Source: a plasmid
Sequence record: NZ_CP044080.1
DNA: 64,000 nucleotides
Direction: 5' to 3' (one strand)
Positions 10,789 through 18,629 of the stretch are shown here, piece by piece. The translations under genes were made by a program, and so were the position numbers. Position 1 is the first letter of the stretch, and every line of letters starts with the position of its first letter. A model generated the notes under the pieces. It was not told the DNA's origin. It did not search any database and saw only the letters and a list, made by a program, of their open reading frames with translations.

Positions 10789-11807
10789 GCCAGCACCACC
10801 GCGATATCCGACAGGGCGCGGCTGGAGCAGGCAAGGATATAGCCCTGGGCTTGCTCCTCGGGCGTGATGCCGCCATTCGCAGCCATCACTACCTGGCCCG
10901 AGACCAGCTTGACCATGCAGGTGCCGCACATGCCTTCGCCGCAGCCGCAGGGGATGATGACGCCGTGGCGCAGGCTGGCTTGCAGCACGCTTTCGTCGGG
11001 GCGGATCGCCACGTCGCGGCCGGCGACCGTCATCGCGAAAGCCGGGCCGTCTTGGGCCACGGGGGCCGGGGCCGCCACGGGAACCGGCGCCCCGCCAAAG
11101 CTTTCGGTATGGAACTGTGCCTTGTCGCCGCCCTCGGCCGCGTGGATCAGCTGCGCCTCGGTCATGAAGCCCTGGGGCCCGCAGCAGAACACCTCGCGCC
11201 GCCCCAGATCGGGCAGGGCAGCGGCCAGCAGGGTGCGCGAGATGCGGCCGCGATAGCCGAACCAGCCGGGCGCCGGTCGGGTGACGCTGACCGCCACGCT
11301 GAGGTTTGGCATCCGCGCCTGCAATTCGGCCAGTTCGGCGGCGAACAGCACCTCGGCCGGCGCGCGGGCGGCGTGGAACCAGGCCACATCGGCCAGCGGC
11401 TCGGTCGCCGCAAGATGGCGCAGCATGGCGATCATCGGCGTCGCCCCCGACCCGCCCGAGACGAAGGCCAGCCGGTCATGGCATCGCAGCGCCAGCGTGA
11501 AATGGCCGCGCGGGCTGCGCGCCTGGACCCGCGCGCCGGGGGTCAGGTTCGCGTGCAGCCAGCGCGTCGCGCCGCCCTCGGCCTGCGCCTTGATCGTCAG
11601 TGCCAGGTCGCCATCCGTCCCGCCCGAGATGGTGAAGCTCCGCCAGACCGGCCCGCCGGGCAGCGGCACCCGCAGCACCAGCGCCTGGCCGGGGACAAAG
11701 CCCACCGGCGCCGCGCCGCGCAGCCGAAAGCTGCGGATCGTCGGGGTTTCATCCGCCACGCCGACACAGGTCAGCTCCAGCAGTCCGGCGTCGCCTGGCA
11801 TGGTCAT
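10785..11807 (-). CDS. Oxygenase reductase component: FNR-like FAD/NAD(P)-binding domain plus C-terminal plant-type 2Fe-2S ferredoxin (GbcB-like)
   Basis: RxFS flavin-binding motif (RSFTIS), NAD-binding region (AFVSGGSGATPM) and a C-terminal 2Fe-2S Cys cluster (CGCGEGMCGTCMV...C). 4-nt overlap with the upstream Rieske gene. Confidence 0.75.
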   Translation of the reverse strand: MTMPGDAGLLELTCVGVADETPTIRSFRLRGAAPVGFVPGQALVLRVPLPGGPVWRSFTISGGTDGDLALTIKAQAEGGATRWLHANLTPGARVQARSPRGHFTLALRCHDRLAFVSGGSGATPMIAMLRHLAATEPLADVAWFHAARAPAEVLFAAELAELQARMPNLSVAVSVTRPAPGWFGYRGRISRTLLAAALPDLGRREVFCCGPQGFMTEAQLIHAAEGGDKAQFHTESFGGAPVPVAAPAPVAQDGPAFAMTVAGRDVAIRPDESVLQASLRHGVIIPCGCGEGMCGTCMVKLVSGQVVMAANGGITPEEQAQGYILACSSRALSDIAVVLA

Positions 11808-13036
11808 TCCGCCGCCATCCGCGCCGCCGGTCCGCCGATGTGATCGGCCATCTTGCCCGCATACCAGTCCGAGAAGTTCCGCAGCATGAATTCGGAGGGC
11901 GCATAGGGGCCGGGCTTGTAGGCGCGGGACAGGATGCCGCGATGGTTGTTCTCGGCCAGGATCCGGTCCTCGTCATTGGTGGCGGTCCAGACCTCGGTCA
12001 GGCGCTGGATGTCGTAATCGACGCCCTCGACGGCGTCTTCGTGGACCAGCCAGGTCGTCCTGACGGCGGTGCGGTTGGCCGACAGCGGCAGGACGCGGAA
12101 GTGGATGATGTGGTCGGACAGGAAATGGTTCCAGTTGTTCGGCACGCGGAACATCCGCACCGAGCCAAGGTCGGGTTCGGTGAAGTCGGCGAGCAGCTTG
12201 TTGCAGGCGAGCCCCCCGTCCATGGTGAAGGACAGGCAGTTTTCGTTGAAGGGCAGACGGATGCAGCGGAACTCCAGCCCGCCGTCGGCCGGCTTGTGCG
12301 GCAGGCCCAGCCGGTCCCAGCGGTCGGTCGAACGGCCCATCAGCCCTTGGAACTGCGCCGCCACCAGCGGGTCGTCGGGCAGCGCGAATTCGACCAGCGT
12401 GACCAGCAGTTCCGGGTGGTTGCCCGCGCAATGATAACATTCGCGGTTGTTTTCGATCACCAACTTCCAGTTCGCTTCCTCGACGATAGTGGTCGAAAAG
12501 GCGACCTTGGTGCGATCGGGCCTGTGCGGTTCGATATAGGGCGTGACGCCCGCGCGGAACGCGGCCAGCGACGGCGGCTGGTCGGCGATGCAGACATAGA
12601 CCATGCCGCAGATCACCTCGACATGGACCGGGGCAAGACCATGCGCGGCCTTGTCGAAACCCTCGGGCATCTGGCGGGCGTTGATCAGCCTGCCGTCCAG
12701 TTCATAGACCCACTGGTGATAGGGGCAGACCAGCCGGTTCGCGCGACCCTGTTCCTTCTGGCAGATCAGCGATCCGCGATGGCGGCAGGTGTTGTGGAAT
12801 GCCGCCACCGCGCCGTCGCGGTTGCGCAGCACAACGATGGGATTGTCGCCGATCTGCAGGGTGACATAGTCGCCCGGGCGCGGGATCTCGGCCAGGTTGC
12901 AGGCGAACAGCCAGTCGGTTTCGAACACCGCCTTCATGTCGGCCCGAAAGATCTCCTCATCGACATAGAAGTCGCGCGGCAGCGAATGGCCGGGTTTGCG
13001 GTCCTGCAAGAGCTGGGCGATCCTGTCGTTCAGCAT
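11804..13036 (-). CDS. Rieske 2Fe-2S non-heme iron oxygenase, quaternary-amine N-demethylase family (GbcA / Stc2 / CntA-like)
   Basis: Rieske motif CRHRGSLIC...CPYHQW and a mononuclear iron site (NNRECYHCAGNHPEL). Lies beside a betaine-type ABC transporter and a GbdR-like regulator. Confidence 0.8.
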   Translation of the reverse strand: MLNDRIAQLLQDRKPGHSLPRDFYVDEEIFRADMKAVFETDWLFACNLAEIPRPGDYVTLQIGDNPIVVLRNRDGAVAAFHNTCRHRGSLICQKEQGRANRLVCPYHQWVYELDGRLINARQMPEGFDKAAHGLAPVHVEVICGMVYVCIADQPPSLAAFRAGVTPYIEPHRPDRTKVAFSTTIVEEANWKLVIENNRECYHCAGNHPELLVTLVEFALPDDPLVAAQFQGLMGRSTDRWDRLGLPHKPADGGLEFRCIRLPFNENCLSFTMDGGLACNKLLADFTEPDLGSVRMFRVPNNWNHFLSDHIIHFRVLPLSANRTAVRTTWLVHEDAVEGVDYDIQRLTEVWTATNDEDRILAENNHRGILSRAYKPGPYAPSEFMLRNFSDWYAGKMADHIGGPAARMAAE

Positions 13037-13316
13037 GTCGATGTCCTTCGCGTGGGCCTGTCGGGCGGATGGGCGCGTATCCCCCGATCTTGCATCCGGG
13101 CCCGCCCGGCGCAGGGCAGGAAACCGTCATTTCGGGTCAGGAAGCCGTCGCGGGCCGCTTGGCCAGGTCACGAAAGAAATGCAAAAGAAATGAAAATTGC
13201 ACGCAATACCCTGTGTTTTCAGTCAGGTCCGGCGGAAAAGAGGCTTGACCCACGGCGCCGTCGCTCCAAACTTTGATGATGGAGATGCGAATTTCGATCA
13301 ACCCGACGTCGATGGT

Positions 13317-13700
13317 TTCATGATGGACACCTATCTCTCTGCCGCGCGCGATCTGGTGGTCGAGGGGATGCGCGAAAGCCAGGTCGCCTTGTCGTCCGAC
13401 CTTGAATTCCACCTGGCGGCGACGCTGGCGCGCTATATGCACCGGCCGATCGCGCCGGACCAGTTGACGGTTCGGCTGATGGATGCCGCCCAAAGACAGG
13501 CCCGCAGGGGCGAGTCGCGCCAGATCGGCGATGCCTGCCTGATATCCTGCGCCTTTTTCGCGGCGCGGCTGACGCGGACGGGCGGCAGCGTCGTCCACTA
13601 CGCCGGGCTTGGGCAGACGGCCTATGAAATCGCGGGCATGCCGGAGGTGGCCCACGGCTTTCCCGACATGCTGGACGTCCTGCAAGCCAGCAGCCCGTAG
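13317..13700 (+). CDS. Hypothetical protein
   Basis: Open frame with plausible start MMDTYLSAARD. No recognisable motifs. Convergent with the RiPP-like operon. Confidence 0.3.
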   Translation, partial: FMMDTYLSAARDLVVEGMRESQVALSSDLEFHLAATLARYMHRPIAPDQLTVRLMDAAQRQARRGESRQIGDACLISCAFFAARLTRTGGSVVHYAGLGQTAYEIAGMPEVAHGFPDMLDVLQASSP

Positions 13701-13789
13701 ATCGAGGAACGGACCCTGCCCCACCGCGAGGCGCCGCAGGCCGAGGGCAGCGACGGAAAGTTCCTGTTCATCTCGTCCCGCTTCAGGCA

Positions 13790-14377
13790 CTAGCGAGATC
13801 GCTCCAGCCGGCGCAGCATGTCGTGCGACCAGGCATAGGCCGGATCAAGGCTCAGGGCGTGGCGAAAGGCGGCGCGGGCCTCGTTCCGGCGCCCCAGCGC
13901 GGTCAGGCACATGCCCAGGTTGTGGTGCACGACCGCCCGCCTGGCATCCAGCGCCAGCGCACGGCGGTAAAGCGGCAGCGCCTTGGCAGGGCGGTCCATG
14001 TCGTAAAGGACGTTCGCGGCCTCGTTCCATGCGGGTTCATAGGCCGGGTCAAGTCCCAGTGCCACGTCGAAGGCCGCCAAGGCCGGCACGAACCGCCGCA
14101 GGTCGCGTAGCACCAGGCCCAGATTGCCCCAGTTCATCGCACGGCGCGGCCCCAGCCGGATGGCGGCGGCAAAGGCCTCGTGCGCCTCGGCCATCCGGCC
14201 CTGGGTCCACAGCACCGAACCCAGGCCACGCCAAGCGTCCTCGCCCGCCAGTTGCGCACGAAATGCCGCCTCGGCCGCGTCCAGCCGGCCCGCCCGCCAC
14301 AGATCGAAGGCGTGGGCCAGGCCGGGGTCGGCGGGGCGCCAGCCCTCCCACGCCGTGGGCGGTCCGTCAGCCGGCAA
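13790..14377 (-). CDS. Tetratricopeptide-repeat protein (last gene of the RiPP-like operon)
   Basis: Several 34-residue TPR-like units (W/LG/Y spacing, AxxAFxxALxLDPxY). 11-nt overlap with the upstream gene. Confidence 0.6.
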   Translation of the reverse strand: MPADGPPTAWEGWRPADPGLAHAFDLWRAGRLDAAEAAFRAQLAGEDAWRGLGSVLWTQGRMAEAHEAFAAAIRLGPRRAMNWGNLGLVLRDLRRFVPALAAFDVALGLDPAYEPAWNEAANVLYDMDRPAKALPLYRRALALDARRAVVHHNLGMCLTALGRRNEARAAFRHALSLDPAYAWSHDMLRRLERSR

Positions 14378-15005
14378 CGTGAAAGCACCCCGCCAGCATC
14401 ACCAGCCGTTCCCCGGCGGCCAGCGGCGGACGCAGATGCGCATGGCGCGAACCGAAGATCGCCGCCGCGCGATTGCTGCGCGCGGTCAGCCGCATCGCCA
14501 GTCCCGTGGCCGAGTTGTCGCCCCGAAAGATGAACAGCTGCATGCCGGGGCTGGGCTCGACCCCGTCGGGCCAGGCCGCGTCCAGATAGGTCAGCAGGTT
14601 GTATTTGCAGCTGTCGGCCTTGTCGCAATGCTCGCCCATGTGTTCGGAGGGGCCGGTGTATCGCGTGTAGCAGGTCGCGCTCCAGGACGGGGCGAGGCGT
14701 TCGCCGGTCAGCGCGTGCAGCCAGGCCACGACGGCGTCCGAGGACAGATAGCCCCGCGCGACGGGGCCCAGATGGGCGCGGCGGTTGTCCTGCGCGATCT
14801 CGCCCCGGTCGCGGCTGCCGGTCAGCTGCCAGCTTTCGGCATCAAGCTGACCCAGCGCTTCCTCCAGCAGGGCGCGGTGCAAGGCGGCGTTCAGCGCAGG
14901 GGGCCCAAGGACCGTGACGCCGGTGGCGCGGAAGGCGTCGACATGCGCCGGCCCAAGCGCGGAGGGGTCGGCGAAGACGGCGTCGGCAATGGGGGCGTCA
15001 GGCAT
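14367..15005 (-). CDS. Hypothetical protein, possibly a 2OG-Fe(II)-oxygenase-like (HxD...H) tailoring enzyme
   Basis: Candidate facial-triad residues (GEHCD...FGSRHAH). Translationally coupled to its neighbours by 8-nt and 11-nt overlaps. Confidence 0.4.
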   Translation of the reverse strand: MPDAPIADAVFADPSALGPAHVDAFRATGVTVLGPPALNAALHRALLEEALGQLDAESWQLTGSRDRGEIAQDNRRAHLGPVARGYLSSDAVVAWLHALTGERLAPSWSATCYTRYTGPSEHMGEHCDKADSCKYNLLTYLDAAWPDGVEPSPGMQLFIFRGDNSATGLAMRLTARSNRAAAIFGSRHAHLRPPLAAGERLVMLAGCFHVAG

Positions 15006-16194
15006 GGGCGGTCTCCTTCGGCAGGGCCTCGACGGCTTGGCGCAGGTCCTCCATCAGCCCGGCGCCGGCCGGGGTGGCGGTGCCGTTGTCGGACAGCACC
15101 CGCCAGCCCTGGCGCGTGTTCGCCGCCTGCCGGGCCAGCACCCCGCGCGCGAAGCGGGCCGAGGCCCCGCCCCGCGCCGCAAGCCGGTCATACCAGGCGC
15201 AGACGTTCAGAAAGGCGTGCACGCCCAGCAGCAGCCCGTCCAGCGGGCGCTTGTCGCTGCGCCAGGGGCTGTCAAAGCCCGCTGCCTCGGCTGCAGGGTC
15301 GGTCGCAACCACCAGCGGATCGACGGCCTTGGCCCAATGCATCCGCACATGGCTGGATTCGTGGCACAGGAGGTCGCCCACCGTTTCCGGCGCCCCCGCC
15401 GTCATCATGATCGTGCCGCAGAGCGATTGCGGCGAATGGCTGCGCTCATAGCCGCGCGGCGCCAGCAGGACCAGGCCCCGGACATGCCGCGCCAGCGTCT
15501 CGGCCGCCGCGGGCCAGACCTGCGCCATCAGCGCAAGGCCAGTCGCGATGCGGGCCATGGCGGCATGCAGCACCTCGCCCTCTGCCAGAGCGAAGGGCGC
15601 CAAGGCCGCCCGCACCGCAGGGTCGGCGTTCAGCACGTCAAGGCCGCCGATCCGGGGGGCTGCGTGGAACAGGGCGTTCCCGGTTCCGGGCGGTGCGGGG
15701 ATGCCGGTCGCGAAGGTTGCCGATACGCCGTCGTCGCGCATCAGCCCGACGCGGCCGCCGCTTTGGCGCAGGGCGATGACCCGCGCGCCGGGGGCGTGCA
15801 GGACGATGCGCAGATGCGGCAGCATCAGATCCGCCGCCAGATCGCCGCCGGTGAACACAAGGGTCAGATCCTCGATATCCGGGGCGCCGATCAGGTGGCG
15901 GGCCAGGGCTGCGCGTCGCTCGGCCAGGCTGCGCGGGTCCTTGACCCCGTCCGGCGCCGTGACCCCGGTATCGAGCGAGGCGAGCGGATGGCCAAAGACC
16001 CGCAGCCGCGCCGGTTCGGGGCAGGCCTTCAGGGCGCGCGCGACCTCGACCGCGCAGGGCTCGTCCGCGCCCTCCAGCATGTCCGCCGCGCGGCGCGCGC
16101 AATCCCGGGCCCAGAGCGCCTGCAGGTGGTCGATGCCCTGGCCGGGGGGGCCTGGAAAGACCAGCCCTGTCAGGTCGGATACCGGGCCGGTCAT
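14998..16194 (-). CDS. HExxH-motif peptide-modification protein (family that co-occurs with FxsB-type radical SAM/SPASM maturases; alphaKG-HExxH beta-hydroxylase-like)
   Basis: Single HExxH (LLCHESSHVRMHW). About 400 aa. ATGA overlap with the radical SAM gene stop. Confidence 0.65.
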   Translation of the reverse strand: MTGPVSDLTGLVFPGPPGQGIDHLQALWARDCARRAADMLEGADEPCAVEVARALKACPEPARLRVFGHPLASLDTGVTAPDGVKDPRSLAERRAALARHLIGAPDIEDLTLVFTGGDLAADLMLPHLRIVLHAPGARVIALRQSGGRVGLMRDDGVSATFATGIPAPPGTGNALFHAAPRIGGLDVLNADPAVRAALAPFALAEGEVLHAAMARIATGLALMAQVWPAAAETLARHVRGLVLLAPRGYERSHSPQSLCGTIMMTAGAPETVGDLLCHESSHVRMHWAKAVDPLVVATDPAAEAAGFDSPWRSDKRPLDGLLLGVHAFLNVCAWYDRLAARGGASARFARGVLARQAANTRQGWRVLSDNGTATPAGAGLMEDLRQAVEALPKETAHA

Positions 16195-17759
16195 GCCGCC
16201 ACCCGCGCGGGCGTGAAATCGTGCTGGAACCGCACGCCGCCCCCTTCGAAATAGGAACAGCGGTTCAGGTGGTCGAACGCCGCCGCGTCAAAGGACAGAA
16301 GATGCATCAGCCAGGGATAAAGCGTCTTGTAGAACGCACATTCCGGCGTCTTGTGGCGCACGGTCCCATAGCTTTCCCAGGCCTGCGCCGAACAGCCCGA
16401 CTGGCAGAGCTGCCGATAGGGGCAGACCGCACAATCGTCGAAATCCGCCGGCCGGCGGGACCGGATCTCGGCGATGCGGGCAGAGCGGCGGGCCGGCTGG
16501 GACAGGCTCTCGATGCCGTCGTCGAAGATGTTGCCCAGCCGCAAGCCCGGCGATTGCGTGGCCCGCCCGCAGGGATAGATATCGCCGTTCGCCGCGACGG
16601 ATTGAAAGCTGTCGCCCGCCCCGCACTCGGCCCGCATGCAGCGGGTGCGGCGCTGCTTGCTGGTCAGAAAGCGGCACATGGAATGGATGTTATCCTCAAG
16701 CAGCAGGTCGCGCCGTGCGATGACGCCGCGCAGCAGGGCCTGGAAGAACGCGATGATCTGGTCCTGGGTCAGCCCCACCCGGTCCCAGTTCTTGCGCGCG
16801 TCGCCCAGATAGGCGACCGGGTTCACCCGAAAGCCGTGGATCGCGTGCCCCAGCATAAAGGACACCAGCCCGTCGGGATCGCCGATGTTCATGCGGTTCA
16901 GCACCACGAGGCCCCCGAAGGGGACGCCGCCCTGCTGAAGCAGCTCGATCCCACGCATCAGCGCCGGAAAGCTGGCCTTGCCGTTCACCATGGGCCGCCC
17001 GCTGTTCTGCGCCTGCGCGCCCCCGTCCAGCGAGATGCCCACGCGGATGTCATTGTCGCGCAGCCAGTCCACGCGTTCGGGCGTCAGCAGCGTGGCATTG
17101 GTCTGGATCGACAGGAACACCGTCCGCCCGCTGGCCCCCGGGTGGTTGCGGATATGATCCACCAGCCGCTGCATGATCGCGAATTTCAGGAACGGCTCGC
17201 CCCCGGCGAATTCGAATGCCAGCACCCGCGCCTCGGTCATGGCAAAGGCCAGGTCGACCGAACGCAAAGCGATGGTTTCGTCCATCGCGGGCATCTTCTG
17301 GTTCGCGCCCGCCAGGCAATAGGGACAGGCGAGATTGCATTTCTCGGTCAGCAAAAGCTCGACCAGGTGGCCCTCGTCATAGTTCGGCCCGTCGGCGAAC
17401 ATCCCGGCATCGACCGCGCGGGCACCGTTCAGCGCGATCAGCCCGCGCCGCCACAGATGCGCCGCGAAATCCAGCGCGGCGTCGGCGCTGTCCATCCGGG
17501 CCGCCAGGGCGCCGAAATCCCGCCCGTCCATCCAGCGGTGCAACGCGGCCTCGTCCGGGTTCAGGAACGCCCATGAGGCGCTTTCGGGATGGATCGCCAG
17601 GGTCTCGCCCTGGACCCGGACCTGATCGACGCCCTCGGTCGACAGTCTTGTGTCAGGACGCAGCGTGACCTGGCCGAAGGGGGCATAGGTCTTGCCCTGG
17701 GTCGCGCCCAGCCAAGGCGCCTCGGCCGCGTCGCGAGAGGGACAAAAGACATAGCGCAT
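16191..17759 (-). CDS. Radical SAM/SPASM-domain peptide maturase (FxsB / three-residue-cyclophane-forming-enzyme-like) with a ~130-aa N-terminal extension
   Basis: CxxxCxxC (CNLACPYC), a G-rich SAM motif (FEFAGGEPF) and a C-terminal SPASM Cys cluster (CGAGDSFQ...YPCG...CAVCPYRQLCQSGCSAQ). Start MRYVF at 17757-17759 overlaps the stop of the upstream gene by 1 nt. Confidence 0.85.
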   Translation of the reverse strand: MRYVFCPSRDAAEAPWLGATQGKTYAPFGQVTLRPDTRLSTEGVDQVRVQGETLAIHPESASWAFLNPDEAALHRWMDGRDFGALAARMDSADAALDFAAHLWRRGLIALNGARAVDAGMFADGPNYDEGHLVELLLTEKCNLACPYCLAGANQKMPAMDETIALRSVDLAFAMTEARVLAFEFAGGEPFLKFAIMQRLVDHIRNHPGASGRTVFLSIQTNATLLTPERVDWLRDNDIRVGISLDGGAQAQNSGRPMVNGKASFPALMRGIELLQQGGVPFGGLVVLNRMNIGDPDGLVSFMLGHAIHGFRVNPVAYLGDARKNWDRVGLTQDQIIAFFQALLRGVIARRDLLLEDNIHSMCRFLTSKQRRTRCMRAECGAGDSFQSVAANGDIYPCGRATQSPGLRLGNIFDDGIESLSQPARRSARIAEIRSRRPADFDDCAVCPYRQLCQSGCSAQAWESYGTVRHKTPECAFYKTLYPWLMHLLSFDAAAFDHLNRCSYFEGGGVRFQHDFTPARVAA

Positions 17760-18622
17760 CAGGAGCTTCCTTGTAGAACAGGGACGAGGATGCGAACGCG
17801 GTCGCCATCGTGCCGAGGGCCGGGATGCCATCCGTCGGGGCCCAGGGCGATGTCGCGGCGCATCCGCGCCTCGATCCCGGCCAAAAGCGCGGGGGCCGTC
17901 CGCGCCAGCCCCCCGGCCAGACGCCGCGCGCGGGCAAGGCTGGTGGCGCAGGTCCAGGAACAGGGGAAATGTTCGGTCAGGACGGGACCGGCGTAGCGGG
18001 CAAAGACGTTCAACTCCCACGGCATCTCTGCCCCCTCCGGCCCCAGCCGCATCCGGCCCAGATCGCCCGCGCAATGCGTCACTGCCTGCGGCCAGTCGCG
18101 CAGGAACGCCTCGATGCAGCAGGGCGGATATCCCAGCGCAAGGCCCATGACCCGGTCCCAGCCCCGCGCCTCGGCCAGCCACAGCAGCCAGGCCAACGAC
18201 GCTGAGGCCGAGACGGCGACCGCCCGCCATTCCCCCGCCGCGCCGCTTGCCGGCACCCGCGCCGCGGCAAGGTTCGCATAGCCCCCCAGGCCCGCGTCCC
18301 GCTGGGGCAGGAAGGCCCAGGCCGAGGGCATGGCGGTCAGCGACCGCCGCCGCGCCCAGTCGCAGACGCCGGCGATCCAGGGCTCGGGCCCGTGCAGCAG
18401 GACTGCCGGCCGCAAGCCGGCGGCCAGCATCTCAAGCTCAGCCACGGTGCCGATGGGGGCGCCGGGCCCGGCCGCGGGGATGGCCGGGCCCGGCAGCTCG
18501 TCCTCGGGCCCATCCGGGATCGCGGCCAGCAGCGCGTCGGGCAGTCCCAGGGCCTGGGCACGGGCGCGCACCGACAGTCCCCCTTCGCCGGACCTTGGCG
18601 AGGGCGCTTTGGCGCGGTGCAT
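17759..18622 (-). CDS. Conserved hypothetical Cys-rich protein in the RiPP-like operon (candidate partner/peptidase/scaffold)
   Basis: Open frame between the precursor stop (7-nt gap) and the radical SAM start (1-nt overlap). Motifs GYPPCCIEAF, HCAGD and FPCSWTCATS. Confidence 0.5.
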   Translation of the reverse strand: MHRAKAPSPRSGEGGLSVRARAQALGLPDALLAAIPDGPEDELPGPAIPAAGPGAPIGTVAELEMLAAGLRPAVLLHGPEPWIAGVCDWARRRSLTAMPSAWAFLPQRDAGLGGYANLAAARVPASGAAGEWRAVAVSASASLAWLLWLAEARGWDRVMGLALGYPPCCIEAFLRDWPQAVTHCAGDLGRMRLGPEGAEMPWELNVFARYAGPVLTEHFPCSWTCATSLARARRLAGGLARTAPALLAGIEARMRRDIALGPDGWHPGPRHDGDRVRILVPVLQGSS

Positions 18623-18629
18623 GGGCGGC

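Noticed and set aside
13185-13205. Possible sigma-54 promoter (TTGCA -12 element at 13197-13201)
   Set aside because: No GG dinucleotide at the -24 position (upstream is gaaatgaaaa). The match is to the -12 half only.
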